Positions 51,923 to 61,829 are shown, counted from the stretch's first letter. The stretch is DNA of 64,000 nt from an uncultured delta proteobacterium (GCA_963727625.1 CAVSHR010000005.1:576001-640000), one strand, 5' to 3'. Notes: generated by a model not told the origin, from the letters alone. Numbers and translations: made by a program.

Positions 51923-52633
51923 CGCGGCTCCTCGAACGGTGTGGCCTTGCGCCCGCGCAGGACGATGTCGAAGCGGTAACCGAGCGCGAACTGGGGTTCG
52001 CTCACGTCGTGGGCGTAGCTCGACATCAACCGCTCGCGCCCGCTTTTGGTCGGAACCGAGTTGAAAATAGGATCGAGCGGAATCAGCGGGTCGCCGGGGA
52101 AGTAGAATTGCGTCACCAAGCGCGTCACGAAGGCCGGACCGAATATCGACAGATGAATGTGCGCCGGCCGCCAGGCGTTCGGATGATTCAGCCAAGGGTA
52201 CGGACCGGGTTTGATGGTGAGATAGCGATACTCGCCTTTATCATTGGTGACGCAGCGCCCCGCGCCGATGAAGTTCGGATCGAGCGGGGCGTTGTGTTGA
52301 TCCACCGGATGGTGGTAGCGCCCCGCGGCGTTGGCCTGCCAGATCTCGATCAGAGTGTTCGGCACCGGCCGCTCGTCCTCATCCATCACTTTGCCGATCA
52401 CGATGATGCGCTCTCCCAACGCCTCCTTGCCGGTCGCGGGATGGCGCGTGAGATCGTTTTCTCCCGGTTCAAGTTTGATGTCGCTGAACAATGGGCCCGG
52501 TGACTTCCGACAGGGTTTGCGTGATCCGCGCCAGTCGTTTGAGCGGCCCGCGTTTCACCGACGAGCCGTAGGCTTTAAAGCTATACGGCGGATGCGACCT
52601 CCAGTCGCGCGGACTATATTCCGGGATCTTCAT
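51919..52633 (-). CDS. pcaH: Protocatechuate 3,4-dioxygenase beta subunit (+1 frameshift near 52495)
   Basis: RDWRSHPP..TLSEVTGP, then shifted frame NDLT..GERI..WQANAAGRY..KPGPYPW..WRPAHIH; span is 715 nt (3n+1). Confidence 0.92.
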
Positions 52634-52651
52634 GATTGGGCACCTCTACGA

Positions 52652-53038
52652 CTATTTGGTTTCCTTTTCCATCTCCTGGTAGGTTTTCTTTGCGACGGCG
52701 AATGCCGAGTTGGCCGCGGGCGCACCCGCGTAGACGGCGACTTGGAGCAGCACTTCCTTTACTTCCTCTTTGCTCACGCCGGTGTTTTTCGACGCCCGAA
52801 TGTGCAGCGCCAACTCTTCCTGCCGTCCCAGTGCGGCAAGCATCGCGATCGTCAGCATGCTGCGGATATTTTTCTCCAGCCCCGGCCGCGTCCAAACCGC
52901 GCCCCAGGCGTTCTCGGTTGCGTAGCGCTGCCAGTCGGCGTCGAACTCGGTCTTGTTTGCCTCCGCGCGCGCCACATATTCCGCGCCGAGCACTGACTTG
53001 CGCACCGCCATGCCCCTGTCGAATAGGTCGTCAGACAA
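52652..53038 (-). CDS. pcaC: 4-carboxymuconolactone decarboxylase
   Basis: GMAVRKSVLG..AWGAVWTRPGL..RSMLT..ELALH..YAGAPAAN. Confidence 0.93.
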   Translation of the reverse strand: MSDDLFDRGMAVRKSVLGAEYVARAEANKTEFDADWQRYATENAWGAVWTRPGLEKNIRSMLTIAMLAALGRQEELALHIRASKNTGVSKEEVKEVLLQVAVYAGAPAANSAFAVAKKTYQEMEKETK

Positions 53039-53825
53039 GTTTCACCTCCCGAAAAAATTCCAATATGCGCTCAGTCACCGCCTCGGGCTGCTCGATGCAC
53101 GGCAGGTGCGCGGCGTTTTGGATCAACGAGAACTGGGCGCCGCGAATCAAGCCCGCCAGCTCACGACCGAGCTCCGGCGGAGTAGCGATATCGATGGCGC
53201 CCGACAGCACCAGGGTCCGACATTTGATTTTTGCATTCATGCCGCGAAAATCCGCGTCGCGCAACGCCGCGCAGGTGCCGACATAACCCTCCACGGTCGT
53301 TTGACGCAGCATATTCGCGTAGCCGCGCACGTCCGCAGGCCGCCGATCGCGAAATCCGGTGGAGAACCAACGCTCCATGGTAATTTTCTCCAGCGACGCA
53401 ATACCGCTCGCCTTGACCATGTCGATGCGCTGCTGCCAGGATTCCGCCGAACCGATCCGCGCCCCAGTGTCGCAAAGCACCAAACCGCGTACCCGCTTAG
53501 GATGACCCAGTGCCAGTGCTTGGGCGATCACGCCGCCCACCGATACACCGCAAATTACGGCCTGCTCAATCTTTAGCTCATCAAGCAACGTGACGACATC
53601 GCGTGCCAGATCACTGGCCGAATACGGCGGCTTTGCCGCCTCCGTCAATCCATGTCCGCGCAAATCATAACGAACGACGCGAAATCTCCCCGCCAGACGC
53701 TTGGCCACCTCGTCCCAGATGCGCAGGTCACTACCAAGGGAATTGGCGAACAGAATCGCCGCTTTCCCTCTCGCTCCTTCATCGACGCAGCGATGGACAA
53801 TGTCGTTGATTTGGACAAATGGCAT
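53031..53825 (-). CDS. pcaD: 3-oxoadipate enol-lactonase
   Basis: ANSLGSDLRIW, YDLRGHG, GVSVGG, ERWF, AAHL. Confidence 0.93.
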   Translation of the reverse strand: MPFVQINDIVHRCVDEGARGKAAILFANSLGSDLRIWDEVAKRLAGRFRVVRYDLRGHGLTEAAKPPYSASDLARDVVTLLDELKIEQAVICGVSVGGVIAQALALGHPKRVRGLVLCDTGARIGSAESWQQRIDMVKASGIASLEKITMERWFSTGFRDRRPADVRGYANMLRQTTVEGYVGTCAALRDADFRGMNAKIKCRTLVLSGAIDIATPPELGRELAGLIRGAQFSLIQNAAHLPCIEQPEAVTERILEFFREVKLV

Positions 53826-53975
53826 GGCCGTAATTTGAAACTATCCGAGCCTCTCACTGAAAGTCAACTTTGAGGGGACAAGCGAGAATCCCTTTGACTT
53901 CGTCCTGCGAACAACCTTAGTATCGATCCGAAACGTTGAGCGTTAGCACCTTGGATCTTTGAATTGTCTGCGCGC

Positions 53976-54011
53976 TTGGAACGACTGGAACCTTTGGAAC
54001 TTCTGGAACCA
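53976..54011 (+). repeat. 4 x 9-bp imperfect tandem repeat (YTGGAACNN)
   Basis: TTGGAACGA CTGGAACCT TTGGAACTT CTGGAACCA; similar TTGAAC units at 24917-24941 and 54751-54782. Confidence 0.75.
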
Positions 54012-54044
54012 TAGAATCTTGAATCATTGAAACAGGAGGAAATC

Positions 54045-54662
54045 ATGCCAGAGCCCCTAGTTTTTGAAATCTTTTCCGATTTCGTTTGACCCTGGTGCTA
54101 CCTCGTCACCGGGCGTGTCGAGAAACTGAAAAAAAATTACGGTCTGGAAATCAAGTTTACCCAGTTCCCCCTCCATCCGGAAACCCCGGAGGAAGGCAGC
54201 TTGCGCGGTCCGGAGATCATCGCGCGCAACCAGCGCATGAAGGTCAACATGGAAAGCGAGGGTTTGCCCTTCAACGCCGAGCGCAATATGTCCTACAACA
54301 GCCGTCTCGCCCAGGAGTTTTCGAAATGGGCCGAAGAAAAAGGCAAAGGCGATGAAGTGCACGACGCGCTGTTTCGCGCCTACTTCGTCGATGTCAAGAA
54401 CATCGGCAAGGTCGAGCCGCTGACGGAGGTCGCTCAAGGCATCGGCTTGCCTGCGGACGAAGCCACCGACGTCCTGCTCAGCCGCAAGTACAAAGACGCG
54501 GTCGACGACGACTGGCACCGCTGCGCCGCCTACGGCGTCAATGCAGTGCCGACGTTTCTCGCCGGGCGGTATCTGATGGTCGGCGCGCAGCCCTACGAAG
54601 AACTGGAACGACTGATTCAACATGTATCGAAGGAACCGGCAGAGCAAAAAGCAGCCGACTAG
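54045..54662 (+). CDS. DsbA/FrnE-like thioredoxin-fold selenoprotein (UxxC)
   Basis: AGGAGG RBS, ATG 54045, FSDFV-TGA(54087-54089)-PWCY in frame with the 54201-54662 ORF; FPLHP, GVNAVPTF, GAQP. Confidence 0.88.
54102..54122 (+). promoter_or_regulatory. Candidate bacterial SECIS hairpin
   Basis: CTCG-T-CAC-CGGGC-GTG-T-CGAG begins 12 nt after the UGA; G-rich apical loop. Confidence 0.55.
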
Positions 54663-54826
54663 TTTAATCGCATCAAGCAGCTCAAGACGTTGTAATTCGA
54701 GTCGAAAGCGGAACGGGGCGCCACCGACGTTTTCGAATGGATTTAACAGCTTGAACGAAGCGCAGCGGTTGAACGTTTGAACCTACTCGAGCCGTAACCA
54801 GAACTCCAATCCAAGGAGGTCAAAAT

Positions 54827-55906
54827 ATGTTTTTAGGACTTTCGCACGGCGGAACCACCATTTATTCAACTCCATCGCGTCCCGACGAAGTGTGGGTCGG
54901 CACCAAGGAAGGAATCGTCGTCATCGAGCGCGCCGCTGGAGGCGGCGGCTGGCGGATCGCGCGCCGGCTGCTTAAGGACAAGCACATCAGCGCTATCTTG
55001 ACAGAGCCTGAGGGTGATTTGACGTTTGTCGGAGCCTTTCATGGTTCTGTGCAGGTAACCCCCGATGGCGGCAAATCCTGGGGAACGAGAGACAGCGGTC
55101 TAACCGAGCACGATGTCTATAGCCTGGCGGCAGTGCGGCTCAACGGTGGAACCCGTCTTTATCTGGGAACAGAGCCTGCTCACATCTTCTGCAGCGACGA
55201 TCTCGGACTGCACTGGCGCGAGCTACCCGGCATGAGGTCGGTACCAAGCGTGCCCAAGTGGAAATTCCCGGTGCCGCCGCACATCGCGCACACCAAACAC
55301 ATCACCTTTGCCCCCGGAGATCCCGACACGGTTTACGCCTGCATCGAAGTTGGCGCTTTGCTCAGAAGCCGGGACGCTGGCGCGACTTGGGAACAAATCG
55401 AAGGGGTATACGAAGACGTTCATCGTCTGGCGATCCATCCGCAAGATCCCAACCGTCTCTACGTGGTTACCGGCCACGGCCTTTACGTGAGCTCTGATGG
55501 CGGCGCCAGTTTCGAGGAATGGGTCGCGAGGCCCTCGCCCATCGCCGGCTACCCGGACGGGATCGTGATCCATCCGCGAAAACCGGAATTGATGTTTCTC
55601 GGCTCGGCCGACACCGGCCCCGGCACATGGATGAAAACCCACTACGCCGGCGCAAAGATTTCCCGCAGCAAAGACGGCGGCCGCAACTGGGAGATGCTGC
55701 AAAATGGCTTGCCCGAGCGTATGCAAGCCAGTATCGAAGCCTTTTGTCTGGACGATTGGGGCGAATCTGCATCGCTCTTTGCGGCCACAACCGCCGGAGA
55801 GGTCTATTGCAGCGACGATACCGGCGAGCACTGGAGCCGCATCATCACCGGCTTGGCGCCAATTTCGAAGGGGGGGCATTATGAAGCGCTTGCCGTCGCA
55901 GTCTAA
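54827..55906 (+). CDS. BNR/Asp-box beta-propeller protein
   Basis: Repeated SxDxGxxW motifs (SDDLGLHW, SRDAGATW, SKDGGRNW, SDDTGEHW); no signal peptide. Confidence 0.85.
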   Translation: MFLGLSHGGTTIYSTPSRPDEVWVGTKEGIVVIERAAGGGGWRIARRLLKDKHISAILTEPEGDLTFVGAFHGSVQVTPDGGKSWGTRDSGLTEHDVYSLAAVRLNGGTRLYLGTEPAHIFCSDDLGLHWRELPGMRSVPSVPKWKFPVPPHIAHTKHITFAPGDPDTVYACIEVGALLRSRDAGATWEQIEGVYEDVHRLAIHPQDPNRLYVVTGHGLYVSSDGGASFEEWVARPSPIAGYPDGIVIHPRKPELMFLGSADTGPGTWMKTHYAGAKISRSKDGGRNWEMLQNGLPERMQASIEAFCLDDWGESASLFAATTAGEVYCSDDTGEHWSRIITGLAPISKGGHYEALAVAV

Positions 55907-56033
55907 GGAGCCGGGGCTTGGGTTAACTTCCAATGTTACACGCTCCCCAAGACGATCCCAAAAATTTCTTTATTATGTTTTTCGAGTTTGTCTCGAGACA
56001 CGCGAGTCGAGAGTGTCCAGAGGAGGCGTTGCG

Positions 56034-57020
56034 ATGAAACTCCGACAAATCGTTATCTGCTCTCTTATTTCAACATTGTTCTGCCTTGCAGTTACACCTG
56101 CGGTTTTTGCAGCTGGCGCCGGTAATCTGACGCGCGTCCGCATGGGCCTGGCGGCACGCAGCACGACGTCGATGCCTTACTTCGTCGCCAAGGAGCGCGG
56201 CTTTTTTCACGAGGAAGGCCTGGAGGTGGAGCTGATCGTGATGCAGGCGATCCAAACGATCCAGGCGACGTTGGCAAACAGCACTCAATTTGCCTCCGCC
56301 ACCGGATCGGCGGTGAGCTCGGCCGTCAGGGGCGCGGATATGCGGGTGATCTTTGCCGTCACGGACCGGCCGTCCTTCGATCTGATCGCGCAGCCCAATA
56401 TCACCAGCATCCAACAATTACGCGGCAAAAAAATCGGCACCGGCGGCGTCGGCTCCCTGGCGGAGATTCTCGCGCGACGGATTTTAATCGCCAACAAGGT
56501 CCCACTTGAAGAAGTCTCGATTCTCGCAACCGGCCCCAGTCACGTGACCTATTTGTCGTTAAAGGCCAAGGTGATCGACGCCGCGCCCTTGCAAATGCCG
56601 TTGACCTTCACCGCGCAGGACGAAGGTTTTCGCAAGCTAGCCTCGGCGCGCGATGTGTATCGATCGGTTCAGGGTGGCCTGGCGACGACCACGAAGATGC
56701 TGACCGAGCAGCCGGAGTTGGTCACCAAGGTCGTGCGCGCCATGCTGCGCGCGACCCGCTTGATCAAGTCCGACAGAAAATACGCCATCGACTTTCTGAA
56801 GGGGCCCTGGGTCGATCTCGGCAAGGATCCCGAAAAACTCGCCGCGCGCGTCTACGACGTGGCCGGCCCGGATTTTTTAGAAAACGGCATGGTCAGCGAA
56901 GCGGTTCAAAAGCAAATGATCGCCGACGCGTCGGTACGAGTAAAGCCCGCGCATCCTGTGCTCCCCGAGCAGGTCTTCGACTTCAGCGTCGTTCGTAAGG
57001 TCAGCGAGTCGCTGCGCTAG
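56034..57020 (+). CDS. ABC substrate-binding protein (NMT1/SsuA-like)
   Basis: Signal peptide, GFFHEEGLEVEL, LRGKKIG, VFDFS; GAGGAGG RBS. Confidence 0.88.
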   Translation: MKLRQIVICSLISTLFCLAVTPAVFAAGAGNLTRVRMGLAARSTTSMPYFVAKERGFFHEEGLEVELIVMQAIQTIQATLANSTQFASATGSAVSSAVRGADMRVIFAVTDRPSFDLIAQPNITSIQQLRGKKIGTGGVGSLAEILARRILIANKVPLEEVSILATGPSHVTYLSLKAKVIDAAPLQMPLTFTAQDEGFRKLASARDVYRSVQGGLATTTKMLTEQPELVTKVVRAMLRATRLIKSDRKYAIDFLKGPWVDLGKDPEKLAARVYDVAGPDFLENGMVSEAVQKQMIADASVRVKPAHPVLPEQVFDFSVVRKVSESLR

Positions 57021-57029
57021 CGGCCACAG

Positions 57030-57341
57030 CTAGCGATCGAGCAGCGCCACGGCGGCTCGCCCAACGCCGCGATTGCCACACCGGACCGCTGGGCGGTGTA
57101 GGCCAGCAGGTAAAAGTTGACCGAAAGCAAAAGTCCCTTGGATGACCGCGAGGCCTATCCACGGCTGTGCAATCAGGGCGGACCGAGTGAGGGAGCCCCT
57201 GGTCAAAATACTGCCGAGCGCTACGCAAGTTAGATAATTCACGGGGATGGCCCAAAACAAGTTCACGCGCCAGGCTTCAAAACCGCGGAAAATAACCGGG
57301 ATGACGCCGGAGGCGAAGATCGCGAGAAGCGAGTAGATCAT
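57030..57341 (-). pseudogene. Frameshifted and truncated EamA/DMT-like transporter fragment
   Basis: MIYSLLAIFASG..AIPVNY.., continuing in another frame as SVNFYLLAYTAQRSGVAIAAL. Confidence 0.55.
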
Positions 57342-57366
57342 TGGATGGCAAGATCCGGTCTGAGAA

Positions 57367-57440
57367 GGATTTCTCGCGGTGCTCGAAATGACAGCCGCGG
57401 CGGGATTGTCATTTCGAAGAAGCGAAGCGACTGAGAAGTC
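57367..57440. repeat. Inverted pair of REP-like elements
   Basis: GATTTCTCGCGGTGCTCGAAATGACA ... TGTCATTTCGAAGAAGCGAAGCGACTGAGAAGTCT. Confidence 0.65.
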
Positions 57441-57506
57441 TTCCGTCTCGATGGGTTCAGGACAGCGACTTCTGTGATTCGACCCGCGATGTTCGCCACA
57501 CTCGTT

Positions 57507-58859
57507 TCAGAAGGACAACTGATTCAGCCGCTCCAAGAGATCGTGGTGCCCGGTCTTCGCCTCCGCAAGTACCCTCTTCTCATCGAGCCGCGCAAGCTCG
57601 CGATCCCGCATCAGGATTTCCCCGTTGACCGTCACGGTGCGGACGTCGCTCGCCTTGGCGCAGTGAACGATTTGGCTAAAAATATCATTGATCGGCTGAT
57701 TGTGAATGGTGTCGAGGTCAACGAGGATCAAGTCCGCGCGCTTGCCGACTTCAATCGTTCCGCAGAGTGCATCAAGCCCGAGCGCCTTGGCGCCGCCCAC
57801 CGTCGCCATGCGCAGGACGGCGTAGGGATCGATGACGCCGGCATCTTGATGATGCACCTTTTGCAGGAGCGACGCCGCTTTCATCGTATCGAACAAATCC
57901 TGCGAGTGATTACTCGCGGCGCCGTCGGTGCCGAGCGCGACGTTCACCCCGTCGCGCAGCATTTCCACCACCGGCGCGACGCCGTCGCCAAGCATCATGT
58001 TGCTGACCGGATTATGCGATACCGAAGCGCCGGTTTCGCTCAATATCTTGATTTCATCCGCCGAGACATGAACTGAATGGGCGAATATGGAGTTGGCCGA
58101 GGGAACGCCGAACTGCTGGAGGAACTCGACGACGCCGTTTTTGCCATGTTCCCGGCGCACGCATTCGACGACCGATTTCGATTCTGCGACATGAGCGCTG
58201 ATACCGAGCGCGCGGTCGTCGGCGAACCTGCGGATCTCGCGCAGCAACCCGGGAGTCGTATTGATGGGCGGCGTATTGGGCCCGGTCATAAACGAGAGCA
58301 GGTCATCGCCTCGATGTTTTGCAAGAATCGTATCGATGCGCTGAAACGCTTGCTCCGGCTTTTCTTTGGTACAGTCGGGCACGATCTCGCCGGTATCCAT
58401 GATCGTGCGCGCGAAAACGGCGCGCAGGCCGGAGGCCTGAATGGCCCGGAGGGTCTCGAATCCGCACTCAGGGCTCGGGTTGAGAAAATTATGCTCGCAG
58501 ACGGTGGTCACGCCGCTGCGAATTGCCTCGACGCAGCCGAGCAGGCTGCCGGCGTAAAAATGCTCCGGCCGCAGCACATGGGCGCAGCCGTAGATGCGCT
58601 TGAGCCAGGGCATGAGGTCCAAGTCTTCCCACACCGCGCGCAGCAGCACTTGATAAAGGTGGGTGTGCGCATTGATCAAACCGGGCATGAGCGCGCAGCC
58701 GGTGCCGTCAATACTTTGCTCTGCCTCCGTGCTCGGCCCCGGCGTCCCTGCGTTCACTTCGCTGATCACTCCGTCGCGTACGCGCAGGTATCCGACAAAC
58801 GACCGACGCTCTTCGATCATCGGCAAAATCAGCGCGTCAGTGATAACAAGATCTGCCAT
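57507..58859 (-). CDS. Metal-dependent amidohydrolase (MtaD/AtzA/SsnA-like)
   Basis: PGLINAHTH, HVAES, AHSVH, ALGTDG, GKRADL. Confidence 0.9.
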   Translation of the reverse strand: MADLVITDALILPMIEERRSFVGYLRVRDGVISEVNAGTPGPSTEAEQSIDGTGCALMPGLINAHTHLYQVLLRAVWEDLDLMPWLKRIYGCAHVLRPEHFYAGSLLGCVEAIRSGVTTVCEHNFLNPSPECGFETLRAIQASGLRAVFARTIMDTGEIVPDCTKEKPEQAFQRIDTILAKHRGDDLLSFMTGPNTPPINTTPGLLREIRRFADDRALGISAHVAESKSVVECVRREHGKNGVVEFLQQFGVPSANSIFAHSVHVSADEIKILSETGASVSHNPVSNMMLGDGVAPVVEMLRDGVNVALGTDGAASNHSQDLFDTMKAASLLQKVHHQDAGVIDPYAVLRMATVGGAKALGLDALCGTIEVGKRADLILVDLDTIHNQPINDIFSQIVHCAKASDVRTVTVNGEILMRDRELARLDEKRVLAEAKTGHHDLLERLNQLSF

Positions 58860-58878
58860 TGCGGTGTTTTGTACCCGT

Positions 58879-59859
58879 TTATTTGCCGTGCAGCTTGTCC
58901 ATGAAGCCGCTCTTGCGAATTTCTTCCATCAGGGTCGTGTCTATGAAATCCTCGGCTTTGGCGCCGCGCGCTTTGGGCACCGGCAGCGAGTCGATGACGT
59001 TTTGAATGCCACGGGTTTCAGGCGATGGAAAATCCCGGAACGACTTTGACAGCCGTTCGTAAAGCGGTCCGACGGCGGCTTCGCCGTTGCTCTCGCGTAA
59101 CACCGCTCTGGCCACTTCGGGCTTTGATTTAAATATGTAAATGCCTTCGATGATCGCCCGCAAAAACCGCTTGATAGAGTCCCGCTGATTCTTTAGCAAA
59201 GCGCCCGACACGACCACGCCGTAGTTGGCGTACTCGAGCGGCAGCTCGGCCAGGTCGGCCAGCACGCGGCAACAACCGGTGGCGACGATTTTGGCCACTC
59301 CCGTCGAGCTCACCAGGGCGGCGTCCATGTGGCCGGCGACCAGCGCGGCAACGCGCGTCGGGGTATTGCCGGACTGAAAGAAGCTCACGTCCTTTTCCGG
59401 GTCGAGCTTCCAGTAACGCAAAGCAACGCGCGTCATGATATCCGAGCCCGAGCCGAAGCGGCTGATCGCGACCTTTTTACCCCTGAGATCCGCGGGCGTC
59501 TTGATGTCGCTGCGCACGACGAAGAACGGCTCAAGATGATTGATCGGCACGGCGATCACCTTGAGGCTTTGGCCGGCCAAGGCCAAATTCAGCATCGCCG
59601 GAGTATCAAAGCCGGCGATGCCGATGTCGCCCGACGAAAGGGTCTGAGCCATCAGCGAGCCGCTCGAAAGATAAATCGTCCGGACATCGATGCCGTGCTT
59701 GCGCCACAGCCTGTTGCGGTCGATCACTTTGAGCAGATCGGAGCCAATCCCGGCGCCGCTGAAACCCATATTGAGCGTGGGTGAATTTTGACCGTGCGCA
59801 AACGTTGCGCCGAGCACAAGACAAACCGTCAGCGACATGATATTAAGCCACTTCCTCAT
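58879..59859 (-). CDS. ABC substrate-binding protein (NMT1/SsuA-like)
   Basis: Signal peptide, DLRGKKVAISRFGSGSD, DFIDT; GGAGG RBS before ATG 59859. Confidence 0.88.
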   Translation of the reverse strand: MRKWLNIMSLTVCLVLGATFAHGQNSPTLNMGFSGAGIGSDLLKVIDRNRLWRKHGIDVRTIYLSSGSLMAQTLSSGDIGIAGFDTPAMLNLALAGQSLKVIAVPINHLEPFFVVRSDIKTPADLRGKKVAISRFGSGSDIMTRVALRYWKLDPEKDVSFFQSGNTPTRVAALVAGHMDAALVSSTGVAKIVATGCCRVLADLAELPLEYANYGVVVSGALLKNQRDSIKRFLRAIIEGIYIFKSKPEVARAVLRESNGEAAVGPLYERLSKSFRDFPSPETRGIQNVIDSLPVPKARGAKAEDFIDTTLMEEIRKSGFMDKLHGK

Positions 59860-60035
59860 GAGTCCTCCAAACTCCGTAAAATTCGCCAAACGCAAAGTAA
59901 TACACTCGAGCGCAAACCGTCAACGGCAGCGTCGAGTCGGTTCGATCGCTCAATTGCATCCGCAATGACGACAACCCTTGACCGCCGCCCCCAAACCGGA
60001 ATAAGCTCGCAAACAATTTTCCAGCGAGGTGACCT

Positions 60036-60443
60036 ATGGCCCAGGAAACAAAAGAATTCAGACACCAGACTCCCGAGTTCGAGGGCGTCAAAAAGACCTG
60101 GCAAGTTTGCAACAGCGACCTGATGAAGGTCCAGGTGCAGGTGGTGAAAAACGGCGGCGAAAACAACCTCCACACCCATACCGGCGAGGATGCCTTCTGG
60201 TACGTCATCAGGGGCACGGTTAAGTTCTACGGCGAAGGCGACAAACTGATCGGCGAATACAAAAAAGGCGAAGGCATTTTGGTCCCACGCGGCTACAAGT
60301 ACTGGTTTGAGAGCGCTTCGCCGGAACCGCTCGAAATTCTACGCGTCACCGCCAAGGATCAGAACATCGACAACAAGCGCGTCGACCTCTCGCCGCAAAA
60401 GCAATGGATGGTCGAGCAGAAAACCTTCGGGACCCGTCCCTGA
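60036..60443 (+). CDS. Cupin-domain protein
   Basis: GGENNLHTHTGEDAFWYVIRG..VPRGYKYWF. Confidence 0.85.
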   Translation: MAQETKEFRHQTPEFEGVKKTWQVCNSDLMKVQVQVVKNGGENNLHTHTGEDAFWYVIRGTVKFYGEGDKLIGEYKKGEGILVPRGYKYWFESASPEPLEILRVTAKDQNIDNKRVDLSPQKQWMVEQKTFGTRP

Positions 60444-60465
60444 TCATTCCGGTCGAATCCCGGAA

Positions 60466-60491
60466 CGGGGAACGGCGAAAGCCGTTCCCCG
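60466..60491 (+). terminator. GC-rich hairpin with GAAA loop after the cupin gene
   Basis: CGGGGAACGGC-GAAA-GCCGTTCCCCG; U-tract is weak. Confidence 0.5.
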
Positions 60492-60631
60492 CGGCTCTTT
60501 CCTCAAGAGCCGCCAACAACTCAATGAAGGATTAGCCGGTCACAAATTAACATGGAAGCGACAACGCTGCCGGCTCGGAATGCCACCGCCGCTTGTTGTT
60601 GACAAAGTCATTGTCCTTGGACCAAGCCGGT

Positions 60632-60657
60632 GCCATCCTGAGCAAAGCGAAGGATCT
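60632..60657. repeat. REP-like element
   Basis: GCCATCCTGAGCAAAGCGAAGGATCT, reverse-complement-related to 51230-51254. Confidence 0.55.
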
Positions 60658-60689
60658 ACTTTTCAATCAATCACGATAGGGTTACCAAC

Positions 60690-61829
60690 TTGGATTTCGG
60701 TTTTACCTCAGAGCAAAAACGCCTGATCGATCGCGTCGCCGCGCTCGTCCGCGAGCGCATCGCGCCGCGCGCCGCCAAGTACGATCAAGCCTTCGAAGCT
60801 CCGGTCGAAGACATTCGAGAGCTCCATCGCGAAGGCTGGCTGCTCGCGAACCTCGATAAACGCCGCGGCGGGCTCGGCTTCGGGCTTTACGGCGATGATC
60901 CACTGGCGTTTTTTCTCATCGACGAGCACCTGGCCTACGGTAACCCTTCGACGGCGCACTGCTTCCAAGTCCACAACAACGCGCTTATGATGATCGACGC
61001 CATGGCCAGGGATAACCAGGTTGAAACTTGGATCGGACCGACCGTCAAGCGCGGCGCCTTGATCCCCGGCGCCGGCGCCGAACCCCATGGCGCCCAGCCG
61101 ACGACCGCGAAGCGCGTCAGAGGCGGCTATATTGTCAGCGGCACCAAGCATTACGCCACCAATGCTAGTTTAGCCGAGTGGCTCTGGGTCGGGCGAGTAC
61201 GTTCCGACTCCCATCCCAAACCGATCATGTTCATGGTCCATAGAGACACGCCCGGCCTCAAGATCGACAGCGAGATCTGGCGCCCCACCGGCATGCGCGC
61301 CTGCGTCAGCCCATGGATCTATTTCGAAGACTGCTTTATCCCGGAAGAAAACCTGCTCGGGAACCCTGGGCAATTTCTCGACGAAAACTGGATGGGCAAA
61401 ATCAATTTCGCCTTTACCGCGAATTATCTCGGTTCGGCGCGCGCCATGTATGACTGGGCGCTGGCTTATATACGAGAGCGCGGCGGCGGCAAGGATCCTT
61501 ACCGGCAACTGCGCTTCGGCGAACTCAAAAGCATGATCGACGCCTCGCGCTCGATTCTCTACAACGCCGTGCGCATGTTCAAGACCGACTCCGACGGCGC
61601 CATGATCGCCGCCCACGAGGCCAAGTGGATGGCAAAAGAAACTCTCGAGAAAGTCATGTGGAGCGCCGGGGAGGTCTGCGGCTCGACGTCACTCTTCCAA
61701 AAATATCCGCTGGAGCGTTTCTACCGCGACATGCATCTGCACATGATGCATGGCCGCCACGACATCGCCGCCCAGATTGTCGGTGCCGCCGAGCTAGGCG
61801 AGCCCTACGACGTCAATCGCGCCCATTAG
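60690..61829 (+). CDS. Acyl-CoA dehydrogenase-fold flavoprotein
   Basis: MDFGFTSEQ, GTKHYATN, W..TGMRA, PLERFYRD; TTG start. Confidence 0.88.
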   Translation: MDFGFTSEQKRLIDRVAALVRERIAPRAAKYDQAFEAPVEDIRELHREGWLLANLDKRRGGLGFGLYGDDPLAFFLIDEHLAYGNPSTAHCFQVHNNALMMIDAMARDNQVETWIGPTVKRGALIPGAGAEPHGAQPTTAKRVRGGYIVSGTKHYATNASLAEWLWVGRVRSDSHPKPIMFMVHRDTPGLKIDSEIWRPTGMRACVSPWIYFEDCFIPEENLLGNPGQFLDENWMGKINFAFTANYLGSARAMYDWALAYIRERGGGKDPYRQLRFGELKSMIDASRSILYNAVRMFKTDSDGAMIAAHEAKWMAKETLEKVMWSAGEVCGSTSLFQKYPLERFYRDMHLHMMHGRHDIAAQIVGAAELGEPYDVNRAH

